From Eledone cirrhosa (lineage: Eukaryota), in assembly GCA_964016885.1 (NCBI GenBank), contig OZ024747.1:74834001-74898000 (forward strand): a DNA stretch of 64,000 nucleotides, given 5' to 3'. The notes under the pieces were generated by a model. The model was not told the origin of the DNA. It saw only the letters and a program-made list of their open reading frames with translations, and searched no databases. Below are positions 41,013 to 52,625 of this stretch, one piece after another. The translations under genes were made by a program, and so were the position numbers. Numbering within the stretch: the first letter of the stretch is position 1; every line of letters starts with the position of its first letter.

Positions 41013-41546
41013 TATAATAATATCATGCAATGGTGTCATTATACTAGAAGTAAATGTAGATATTGTACTCAAAATATATAGTAGAAAATTGAGAAGCTGT
41101 TATGTTGTTTAAAAGGGGAAAAAGAAAAAATATATATTATATATATATTACTATAGAGGTGTATTATGTTTTATAATTATAGATAACCATTGTTGTGTAT
41201 TGTTAAAATTAAAACCTCTCTCAAGGAAAAAAAAGGGGGAATTAGGTAAAGAAAATAAATAATTCTTCAGTATTTCTTTTCTAATCCTATTATTGTAAAA
41301 TGGTTGTGTCCTTCATTGACTAAATTTTGTGAACAGAACTCTCCTTGTCTCAATAATAACTCTTTCTACCTCTCTCTCTACCTCTCTCTCTATCCTAGTG
41401 GCAAATAAAAGAAACTTATCTATCTATTTTTTTCTCTCTCGCTCTCTAACTATCTATCTCTTTCTCTCTCTCTCTACATATATTTCCTACTTTATCCCTC
41501 TCTCTAACATCCTTTCACTATAGTTCTCTTTCTATCCCTCTCTACA

Positions 41547-41578
<32 letters not shown>

Positions 41579-42104
41579 GCTCTCTCATATATATATATCC
41601 CTATCTCTCTCTCTTTCTATCCTTTCTCTACATGGGCTGCTCTCTATCTATCTATCCTCTACTTCTCTCCCTTTCTCTCCCTTTCTCTCTCTACCTCTTT
41701 TTCTCTACTACTTTCTCCATCCAACTACTTCTCTTGCTCTCCTCCCACTCTCTCATTGTCAATCATCTTTTCTCTAACTCTTCCTCCCTACATTTACCTT
41801 CCTCTCTCTCTACCCCCTCTTCTCCCCTCCTACCTATACAGGAGATCTATAATACATGCACTCTACTATTGACCATTGCCACTCACACTCCCCTTCATTC
41901 TAATGGCTTCATCTAATGCTTCTCACTCTCTCTCTCTCTCTACCTCTCTCTCTCTCTCTCTCTCTTTACCTCATCCCTCTCTCGTTGTCTACCTCCTCTT
42001 TCTCTCTCTACCTCCTCTTTCTCTCTACCCCCTTCTCTCTACCCCCTCTCTAACCCTCCTCTCTCTACGCCCCCCCCCTCTCTCTCTCCATCATTGATAC
42101 ATAC

Positions 42105-42166
42105 TGACAGACAAGCACTGCTGCATAAAATTCCTTTGAACACCACAACGCTATCAACATATGTAA
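42105..42166 (-). pseudogene. Putative exon, GT13 module 1
   Basis: attcag|...CA|gtatgt. LHMLIALWCSKEFYAAV resembles LYCISAWNDQGYEHTA. Confidence 0.5.
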
Positions 42167-42179
42167 CTGAATATATTTA

Positions 42180-42545
42180 TCATCATCACCACTATCACCA
42201 TTGCCACCACTACCACCATCACCACTATCACCATTGCCACCACTACCATCATCACCACCATCACCATCACCACCACCACCATCACCACTATCACCATTGC
42301 CACCACTACCATCATCACCACCACCACCATCACCACCACCACCATCACCACTATCACCATTGCCACCACTACCATCATCACCACCATCACCACCACCACT
42401 ATCACCATTGCCACCACTACCATCATCATTACCATCACCATCACCACCACCATCATCATCACCACCAGCACCATCACCACTACCATCACCATTGCCACCA
42501 CTACCATCATCATTACCATCACCATCATCATCACCACCACCATCA
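42180..42545. repeat. (CAC/CAT)n-derived higher-order repeat
   Basis: Direct inspection. Confidence 0.9.
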
Positions 42546-43176
42546 TTATTATTATTATTATAGGATTTCTGATACAATGTAAAAAAGGAAGAAAAATCCC
42601 CAGGAAAGTCTATATAAATATATAGAGTCTATATAAATATATAAATATTTATATAGAACTGGTTTCTAAGGATATAATATATATTTGGGGGTGTATAATA
42701 TATAGTTGGGTGTATATAATATATAGTTGGATGTGTATATAATATATAGTTGGAGGTGTATATAATATATAGTTGGGGCTATATATAATATATAGTTAGG
42801 GGTGTATAATATATAGTTGGGGGTATATATAATATAGAGTTGGGGGTGTATAATAAATATTTGGGGCTATATAATATATATTTGGGGCTATTTAATATAT
42901 ATTTGGGGCTATTTAATATATAGTTGGGGTATATATAATATATATTTGAGGCTATATAATATATATTTGAGGCTATATAATATATATTTGAGGCTATATA
43001 ATATATATTTGAGGCTATATAATATAGGGTAAATATTGTAATAAAGGTAGTGTATAAAAAATGTAGCATATTGATGTAGAGTAGAATATCATTGACCTAA
43101 TTTTTGATAAATTATGATGCAGCAATATTTTAGCATATATATATATCTACATATATATATGTATCCACACACATAC

Positions 43177-43208
<32 letters not shown>

Positions 43209-43289
43209 CCACACACATACATATAAATATATATATATATATATATATATCCACACACACACACACATATATATATCTGTATATATATA

Positions 43290-43349
43290 TATATGTGTGT
43301 ATACATACAAACATATACATATATGTATATGTGTGTGTATGTATACTTA

Positions 43350-43384
<35 letters not shown>

Positions 43385-44046
43385 TTAATTCTATGAAGGT
43401 TTCAATTCCTGGCAATGTAAACTAAAAAACTCTTTAAGGTGTGAATGTAGAAAATAAGAAATGGAGAGAAATATATATATATATGGGTACAAGCTGAAGC
43501 ATATAGACAATATGCCCCCACAACCCCCACTGCAAGGTGGTCGTGGAGGTGCCATGGCAAAAAAGCACCCAGACCACACTGTAAAGTGGATGTGTAGGCG
43601 CCACGAAAAAGCACCCAGCACTCACTGTAAATGAGGTTGGTGTTAGGAAGGGCATCCAGCTGTAGAAATCAAGCCAAATCAGTTCCTGTATGAGCAAGGC
43701 ATGGTCAGCTGACCAGACACTGCCCACAACAGGCCTTGCTCATACAGGAACTGATTTGGCTTGATTTCTACAGCTGGATGCCCTTCCTAACACCAACCTC
43801 ATTTACAATGAGTGCTGGGTGCTTTTTCTTGGCGCCTACACGTCCACTTTACAGTGTGGTCTGGGTGCTTTTTTGCCATGGCACCTCCACGACCACCTTG
43901 CAGTGGGGGTTGTGGGGGTATATTGTCTATATGCTTCAGCCTGTACCCATATATATATATATTTCTCTCCATTTCTTATTTTCTACATTCACACCTTAAA
44001 GAGTTTTTTTAGTTTACATTGCCAGGAATTGAAACCTTCATAGGAT

Positions 44047-44094
<48 letters not shown>

Positions 44095-44145
44095 TAAGTA
44101 TACATACACACACATATACATATATGTATATGTTTGTATGTATAT
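43290..44145. repeat. ~410-bp-arm inverted duplication with a 32-bp spacer, including an RTE 3' UTR fragment and its flank
   Basis: 43733-44145 is the reverse complement of about 43290-43700, with a few substitutions. Confidence 0.95.
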
Positions 44146-44288
44146 ATATATATATATATATAAAGATATTATCAGCACGAGACCACCATTACCATAGGTG
44201 TGTGTATATATGTATATATATATGTGTATGTATGTATACGTGTGTGTGTGTGTGTGCCTGCATGCTCGTGTGTCTGTCAGTATGCATT

Positions 44289-44331
<43 letters not shown>

Positions 44332-44601
44332 ATTGTGTGTTATATAGAGATGTGTATCGATATGGAATAAACAGCCACATCCTTAATGTTTTTCCATGAA
44401 ACTCTGTCTTATTGTTTTTTAAATATTTTTTTCTGTCACAACTGATCTCTTCCTAATGTATCAATATACTCTGTATTTCTCTCCCTCCCTACTCTCTCTC
44501 TCTCTCTCTCTCTGTCCTCGTGCAATCATTTTAATTTCAATAAATAAGCAGCTTTCCCTACTATATGAAATAAATTCAGAATTATATCTATATTATTTCA
44601 C

Positions 44602-44753
44602 CAGCTCAGCAAATACTAATTATTTGTGAGTTCGGTTAAAAAGATCATATATTAATAGACAAAAAAACCCTAAAGAAATTCAATTGTAGATATGTGAAAT
44701 AAGTATCTTAATATATGGCCTATGACAGCATAGATCCTTAGTTTTATTTTCAG
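44602..44753 (-). pseudogene. Putative exon, GT13 module 1 (region of the EED motif, degenerate)
   Basis: tttacag|...CTG|gtgaaa. ENKTKDLCCHRPYIKILISHIYN*ISLGFFCLLIYDLL resembles [33 protein letters not shown]. Confidence 0.45.
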
Positions 44754-45209
44754 CTGTAAATAGAAATATGTTAAGAGAAGTTTAAAGATGTTTGATTTAC
44801 TGTATGTATATGATGTTATGTGAGAAACATGAGTCAAAAAGCCAGCTATTCTATTCTATATAAATGATGGTTCTTAGGATAGAGAGAATGAATTAGCTAG
44901 TTTTGTGTTCAGCTACTGTCTGTCTATAACAACACAGTAAAGATGGCTTGATTTAAAGCCAGATCTGTCTGTAACTGTGTGTGTGTTCCTGATGGATGGA
45001 TAGATGGATAGATGGCTTGACTTGAAGCCAGATCTGTCTGTAACTGTGTGTGTGTGTGTTGGATGGATAGATAGATGGCATGATTTAAAGCCAGATCTGT
45101 CTGTAATTGTGTGTGTCTGTGTGTGTCCCTGATGGATAGATAGATAGATGGATGGATGAAATGGATAGATGGATGGAGCCATATTGGTAGTAGTAGTGGT
45201 AGTGGTAGC

Positions 45210-45322
45210 AGCATTGGAGTAAGCCTGGAGCTGTGAATGCCCAGCAATAGCAGAGAAGTTGCAGTTTACATTGGTTGCTGAATTGGATTGTCGACATGTT
45301 GAACAATTATCTTCTCTGCTGT
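45210..45322 (-). pseudogene. Putative exon, GT13 module 1
   Basis: KIIVQHVDNPIQQPM*TATSLLLLGIHSSRLTPM resembles [30 protein letters not shown]. The donor is unclear. Confidence 0.5.
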
Positions 45323-45499
45323 CTACCCAGGAAAAATAAAATTGATTTAATGGATTCAAAGAAAGGAACTAATAAATCATCTTAAAGTAGGACTTGGGAG
45401 AAATAAATATAACTTAGCATTTTTCATTTTTATATGGAAGTGGGGTTGCTGTTGCTATGCTCTAGCCTGACCATTTTTTAAGCTAAAAGCTAAATTAAA

Positions 45500-45725
45500 T
45501 AGCTATTTTTCTTCTTTTTGCATATGAGTTGGTCTCAGGTTGTTGTTCACCTGATCAAGATCAGAGATCAGTGACCAGGGCCCACTACGAGAAGGTCGAC
45601 AAACTTGGGCCCAAATTGTTGACCTCCTAGTGGTGGGCCCTGGAAACTGATCTTTGATCTCTGATCAGGTGAACAACAACTTGAGACAGCAACAGTCTCA
45701 TGCACAAGAAGAATTAAATAGTTGA
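45500..45725. mobile_element. Fold-back MITE-like palindrome centred on GGGCCC (45609/45610)
   Basis: gtctcaggttgttgttcacctgatca...ccagggcccacta / tggtgggccctgg...tgatcaggtgaacaacaacttgagac. Confidence 0.75.
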
Positions 45726-46698
45726 ATGCTCTTTGGGCGTATCACTGGTACTTTATTTTATCGACCTCATAAGGATGAAAGGCAAAGTTAACCTTGGCGG
45801 ATTTGGACTCAGAACCCAAAGAGCCATAACTATGCTGCAAAGCATGGCATCTGACGCTCTACCGATACTGCCAAACCACCTCTAATGTTGTCAAAGAGAA
45901 AGCAAAGGTCAATACAGCCTGATGCCACTGTTGTCAACTCAATTTTTTAAAACTCAGTCAACTAAAGATACATGAAATAAAATGTCTTGCTCAAAGATGC
46001 ATTCCCCAACACCCTCTGGTGATCAAACCCATAACCTCCTGATTGTGAGCCCAGACCCCTTACTACTAAGATACTAAAAAAAAGTTTCTAAAGTCTGTCT
46101 AAAGCACTGAGTTCAAATCTCACCAAGGTTAAATTTGCCTGTCATTCTTACGATGACAATAAAATAAAGTACCAGTAATGCACTGGGGTAATTGCTGGCT
46201 TTGTGCCAAAGGTAGAATCAATAATGAGCTTTCTTCTGATAATCTTTTCCACAATATCTTCAAACACCTTTTTTCATTTACATACCTTTACAACACAACC
46301 AAATGCTCATTAGATGCTAGAATCTCATCTTAATTGGGAATAAGGAATGAGTTCAGTCATTTAATGTGTTTATAACAGCTTAGAGTTAATGGTGAAAAAC
46401 CATTAAAAAACCATTAAAAATTATCTCTATTATAATCAGTTTCCATGGCAAAAATACAACAAACAAAGAAACAAATATAATTACATGCAGAAAGGTGAGA
46501 TTTAAAAAATAAATCTCCATGAATATTGTTGCATGAAAACACAAAAAAGTGCACATGCATACACACACACACACACACACACACTTATTTATAGCCACTC
46601 ATACACAAGCATGCATTTATTCATCCATCCATTCATGCATACATACATACATACACACGTGTGTATGTGTATGTATGTTTCCCTCTTCATATCAATAC

Positions 46699-46791
46699 CA
46701 TTTAAAACAAGCAGTAATATTTGTTTGAGTCCTGCATAAAAATATGTGAAACTGTTTAAGAGTTTGATGAAAGTTAACAGTATATACCATA
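46699..46791 (-). pseudogene. Putative exon, start of GT13 module 1
   Basis: tttcaaag|...ATG|gtattg. NSFTYFYAGLKQILLLVLNG resembles NRPNYLYRMLRSLLSAQG. Confidence 0.5.
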
Positions 46792-48307
46792 CTTTGAAAT
46801 TAAACAAACAAAGGTAACAGGAAGGGTGTCTCATGTGAAGGTGCATTGTCTAATAGATGTTTGACATAGAATCGGGCAGTATTCTTGAGCAAAACACTTT
46901 ATTTCAACTGAGATTGAGTACCAGCAGTAGCTGGGGAGTTAAACCTGCGATAGACTGGCGTCCTATCCAGGGAGAGTCTTGTACCCTCAGTTACTTGGCA
47001 TCAAGGAGACTGGGCATAAGTACAGGTTGCTGCATCTTTGGCTTAGAACAGACTTTAACTATCTTGACTCTTTAGCATTTAAACCAGCCATATCTGGTTC
47101 AAACTGGTCAGAACTGATTGCTCTTACTTATGTTATGGTATTGTTCTCAAAATAAATAATATAAAAATCTCATAAATTCAATATTATGTGAGATATTATT
47201 CAAGATAAAGCCTTTACCACAAAAATACAATAGTATATATAGAATAATGTGAATGCTAAAGGGTTAAAGTGTCTCATCCAACTCATGTAAGCCTGGAAAA
47301 GCAGACATAGAAATGTTTATGGAATAATACATTTATCAAAAATAGCATTATTATTGACAGCTTAGATAATTAAAACTAACAATAGACATTCAAAGTTACT
47401 TCCGTGTATGAAATATATACAATGATAATTTCACATTAATTTAGTATTCATTATTAATAAACCTTGACAAATATTTAGACTTAGGATATTAACTTAGAAT
47501 ATTTCATCAAAAACATTTACTGAAATTTCTGCTATAAAAGGATATTGCACTTAGGCTACAAGCAACAGATTATTCTCCTTTTCTAAACTAGACACCACCA
47601 ATTTCTTCTTAAGGTATGGACACACTGCAATTATGTATGTGGCCAAGTGGGTTTGATTCCTGGACTTGGTTGTGTGTTGTGTTCTTGAGCAAAACACTTC
47701 ATTTCAAGTTGCTCCAGTATACTGAGCTCAAAATGAGTACCAGTAGCAATAGCTTCTAACCCTGTAATGGACTGGCTTCCTGTCCAGGAAGAAGTCTTGT
47801 ACTCTCAGTCACTTAACACCACAGACAGCCTTTAGACAGGTTCCAGTGTATTACTTTGTCCAGGTGCCTAAAATGCAGTTAAAATTACATTTTTAATTCG
47901 ACTGCTTGCTGCTTTAAAATTTTAATTTATAAATATTGAATATCATATTAAATTATCAAGAATTGATCTACCTACAAGCAATCTTTATATAGATGTTTTA
48001 GGATGTTTTAGGATATTTTAGTATGCTTTATATTACTCTCTTACATAATCCACTACTTTTTGAAAATTCCATTTTACTTGTTACTAAATGCATTTGGAAA
48101 CCCTGTTGAATCTACATCTTCAGCTTTGTTGCCTAACATACAATTGATGGAGATAGACCCAGATTTTGTTGCCCGACAAGTTGAAGATTGCAAGTATTGG
48201 CTGCTATCCAATAGGTTTATCATTGAACCTATATCGGTGATGACTTCTGGCATTCTTAGTCCCCATACCACCACCCTACTCATTACTATTGGGGTGGAGT
48301 TAGTCAC

Positions 48308-48502
48308 CTGTAGGAGTGAGCCCCACAAGTTGGAATGGTTATTTCAACACTTCTCCCTCTTGCTATTCTCTGGGGTAATGCTTTCTCCATTCTGTCCATT
48401 GGGATCACAAGGCAGCTTGCTACACCTGGGTTTCTGTACACCAGAAAGTGTACTCCCACAATGTTCTGGCTTGTTTCAATGGGATAGCAATGAAATAGGT
48501 TA
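48308..48502 (-). pseudogene. Putative exon of the POMGNT1-like relic (end of stem, Cys linker)
   Basis: ctatcag|...CAG|gtgact. PENSKREKC*NNHSNLWGSL resembles ELNRRRRRFCSKVEGYGSV. A frameshift is needed. Confidence 0.45.
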
Positions 48503-49775
48503 CTGATAGTAACAGAAATACTTGTCAACTACAATGGTTTCTGATTTAGGCACAAGGCCAGCAATTTTGTGGAGAGGGGAAAGTCGATTAAATTGACTCC
48601 AGTGTATTACTGTACTTTATTTTATCAACCTCATATGGAGGAAAGGCAAAGCTAACTTCGGCGGGGTTTGAAATTGGAACATAAATGTATGTAACTATTT
48701 GCTGTGAAGCATGTTGTCTGGCATTCTACTGAATTGTCAACTTCAATAATAATAGTTTGAAGGTGAAATTACCGCAACCGTAAACACGCAACAACAAAGT
48801 GTTAACGATAATCAGCAGTTTTTATATTTTTTTTATTTTTATTTATAAAAAATTATTTTCTAAAATAGAAATAGTAAACCTAATTCATCAGAATATTAAT
48901 TTACATTAAAATATCTTGAAATACTTTGATATTTTGTATTCTAATAAATTGACAATTACATTATCACATATTGACTATTGAGTAAAATAGATTGACTATA
49001 CAGATCAAACTAGCTTATAGTATCAAACGTTGCTACTTTAAACTCTTTGATGCTTCATTAGTAAATGTAACGATTTATTTGGTAATTGATTTAAAGCTCA
49101 ACATATAAATTAGTGATATCTATTTCATTTATTTTGATAACGAGCATTCAGTTAATCAATCAATGGCATATGCTATTGTTAAATTAATATGTAAGTGGCT
49201 GAGTATTTCACAGGCACATGAACCTGTAATGTAATTATTAATTCAACATAACAAAGTAAGGCCTTCGTTAATTTACAGATAATCCAAAAAAACAAAACGT
49301 TTGTGTCATGATGGGCATCCAGCCATAGAAAAACTTCCTTGAAATATCTCTTATCCAAACTATGCAAGCAGGGAAAAGTGATGAGGAAATGATGATGGCG
49401 ATGATGGTCAACCTTCTTTTCTTCTCCTTCTTTGCCCACTTTTTCCTGAGAGGGTCATGGCAGCTGAGCCTTCAATCACTCCTTCCAGCAGGTCCTGTCA
49501 GAAGCAACCATCTTCAATTGATCAGGCTTGAACCCTGCATGAGACCAGCTGAGTTTATGGATGTTATTCAACATTCTGGCTCAGGGTCTACCCCTGGGTT
49601 TCCTGTCGGTTGGTTATGATGGTGAACCTATTTTGCAAATAATCAAGACTTTGGAGGTTTTTAGTAATAAGATAACTTTCTCATTTTTAATCTGGTATTT
49701 CAATTATAACTTAACAAAGGTACTTACATACAATTATGATGGAAGGTTTTAAATAGATGAATATAAACACTTTAA

Positions 49776-49993
49776 CTCTTTAGCATTTAAACCAGCTATG
49801 TCTGCCAGAATTCTTTCACCCTTTTCTGTCAAAGTGGCCATAACTGGCTGCTCATACTGATGTTAATGTATTGTTCTCAAAATAAATAATATCAAAATCT
49901 CATAGATTCGATATTATGTGAGATAAAGTGTTTACTGTGAAAATATAATAATATATATAATAGTATATATAGGGTAATGTAAATGCTAAAGGG
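49776..49993. mobile_element. piggyBac-like MITE nested at a TTAA inside another repeat
   Basis: Rejoining the flanks gives the uninterrupted sequence seen at about 19670-19740 and 61895-61950. Confidence 0.75.
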
Positions 49994-50209
49994 TTAAAAC
50001 AAATAGTTTTCTATAATAGAACCAAAGGCAGTTTGTTGTGTTTATCCTCCTTAACTTTGATTATTTATTCTTTGTCATTACTTCAACATTCTTCTACACA
50101 TATATTCCATAAAGATTATTCTTACTATAGTATCCATATTATTTCTTTACTATGTCTTCTTCACCACTTATTCTAAAAAAACATTACACAAGTTTATAAT
50201 GATGTAGCA

Positions 50210-50300
50210 CACTTTTTATAAGAACAATGGGGCTCTCTTAGTTAGAACAATGAGCTTTTTAAAACTGATTATCTTTAGAAAAATTTATAAAGCTAAAAGC
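50210..50300 (-). pseudogene. Putative stem-domain exon of the POMGNT1-like relic
   Basis: ctctag| then AL*IFLKIISFKKLIVLTKRAPLFL, resembling [27 protein letters not shown]. The 3' boundary is uncertain. Confidence 0.4.
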
Positions 50301-50491
50301 CTAGAGAATTCAATGAAATTCATAAAGAAAAATGTAATATTGTTGTATTACATCCAGAAGATAGAATGTATGTAGGCATACAGACACACAAACACATGCA
50401 CACGCACACACATACACGTGTGCGCACATATATATATAGTAATAATACTTTCTTTACAAAAACCAAAATCCAAAGAGGACTCAATCAGGGT

Positions 50492-50561
<70 letters not shown>

Positions 50562-51169
50562 CACATAGAGCAAATATTTATAATTTGTACACATTAAAAG
50601 TTTAAGCAAAACATTTCTGCTTTCACTCTAAGCAGGATCATCATTTCCAAATTGTTACTAGACATAATGGTAGTGTGTAGGGGTGTTCTCTTGAGATGAG
50701 TGAATGTATGCAAGAAGGATTACATCATTGTGTGGAATGAGAACAAATGTTTTTCTATGGAAAAATCATATCCTTGCTAAGTAACAATCAGGAGACTAAT
50801 GTTCTTTTTAGAATAGCAGAAGCCAGAGCACTTTTTTGAATTCCATATTGTCTAACATCCAACAGGGTTATGACACAAATCTAATCATAGCTTTGTGGCA
50901 TGTAGTTTGTCATAGCCCTGTTGGATGTGACTTGTGTCATAGCCCTGTTTATATGTGTTATAACTATGTTAGAAATGGTTTGTGTCATAGATCTCCTGTT
51001 AGAAGAGATTTCTATTATAGCCCTGTTTTACTGCAAAACAAATTCATATGAGAAAAGATGAAGCAATGTATATAATAAGCAGCAGAACAGGATTATTTCT
51101 TCTTACTTTATAAGCCTTGTTTTTCTATAATAAATTCATGAATGTTCAGCCTAGAGCTAAACAAGATAC

Positions 51170-51453
51170 CTTGGGATTAGATACCATATCAAGTTCTTCA
51201 TCTTCAAAGCTTCACATACATACACAAAACCTCCAAAGAACAAGCAAGTATATATTTTCACATGTATTGGGTCCCTAGTATCATATTTTTTCACAGTTAA
51301 AACATGACTGGAATTAACTGACTTATTGCTGATATTTACAGAACTTCTGAAATTTTTAGATATGTTCCTTTGATATCCTACATGGTTATATAGAATTGTT
51401 GACTCTCTCAGATACGTGATAATGCATATAGCATGTATCATATGATATTTCAT
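51170..51453 (-). pseudogene. Putative first coding exon of the POMGNT1-like relic (hydrophobic N-terminus and stem)
   Basis: Non-repetitive ORF MKYHMIHAICIITYL...DPIHVKIYTCLFFGGFVYV; donor-like AAG|gtatct. Confidence 0.4.
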
Positions 51454-51674
51454 TTTAAATCAGTCCCCCTCTCTCTCTTACAACGATACTTTGAAGTTAT
51501 CTTTTCTAATAAAGTACATTTTAAGTTACCATTATAAAATGATGGTAACTTTCAATGGGAATAAAGCTTGGTAAATTTTGCATATTTCTATGAAATTATA
51601 TTTTTAAAATCTCAAAAAGTTTTATATATATATGTGTGTGTGTATGGATGTACATATGTGTGTGTGTATATATA

Positions 51675-51707
<33 letters not shown>

Positions 51708-52104
51708 TTATATGCACACACACACATGAGTGTTCAATATAAAATCATACATAGAAATAGTCAAACATTAATTAAGTTAGTACTGGGAACATGAGTAGAG
51801 TATAGGCATTGTTTTTTGAAGAAAAGTATATCTACATTTAACTATCTCTTCCTACCTGCCAATTTATCTTTATATATATATATATATATATATATTTCAT
51901 CATCATCATCATCGTTTAATGTCTATCTTCCTTGCTAGCATATATATATATATATAATATTTATAATATAATTTACCTTTATTTATATATAGAATTGAAT
52001 TAGAAATAGAAACTTTGCCATAATGTTATAGTCTACTAATGGGTGTATAAACCCACTGAATAGAAAAAGATGGGCACCAGTATATATAAATATATATATA
52101 TATA

Positions 52105-52625
52105 GTAATAATAATAAATTTGAAGACTAAAATCCAAAGAGGGCTCGATAAGGATAAATATATATCAAATATATAAGAACCGTAGAGCAAATATTTATTA
52201 AAATAACAGATTAAAGTTTAGGCAAAGAATCGCTGCTTTCACCCTTAACGGGATCTTCTGAAACTAAAAAAGTCAATCTGTGAACGCAGAAGTAAATATT
52301 TCAAAAAACGTTGCAACCGAACGAAGAGAGGAAGACGATACTTTGGTTCGTGGAAACGTTCCCTGGCAAAGAACGGAAAAAAACGAAGATAATACGTCTT
52401 TATTTGGAGCGGTGATAAACAATTACACGCAAAGACAAAACCACGTTTATGGTATAAATGAAGTCGTAGACTAATATTCTATTAGGTGGTTCATGGAGAC
52501 GTTCTCTGGCAATGAACGGAAAAAACGAAGATAACACGTCATTATGTGGAGCGGTGAGAACAATAGCACGCAAAGACAAAACCACGTAAATAGTATAACT
52601 GAAGTCGTAGACTAAAATTCTAACT
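52105..52625 (-). mobile_element. HHR-bearing element in (TA)n with an internal ~140-bp tandem duplication; relatives at 50440-50650 and 59501-59670
   Basis: Shared segments A (52105-52183) and B (52193-52286); HHR-like fold at 52215-52265; duplicate units at about 52343-52480 and 52486-52622. Confidence 0.7.

Noticed and set aside
48074-48300. VITDIGSMINLL resembling a Gypsy aspartic-protease motif
   Set aside because: It is a single short motif with no LTRs, RT or integrase nearby. The adjacent sequence is better explained as a GT13-relic exon.
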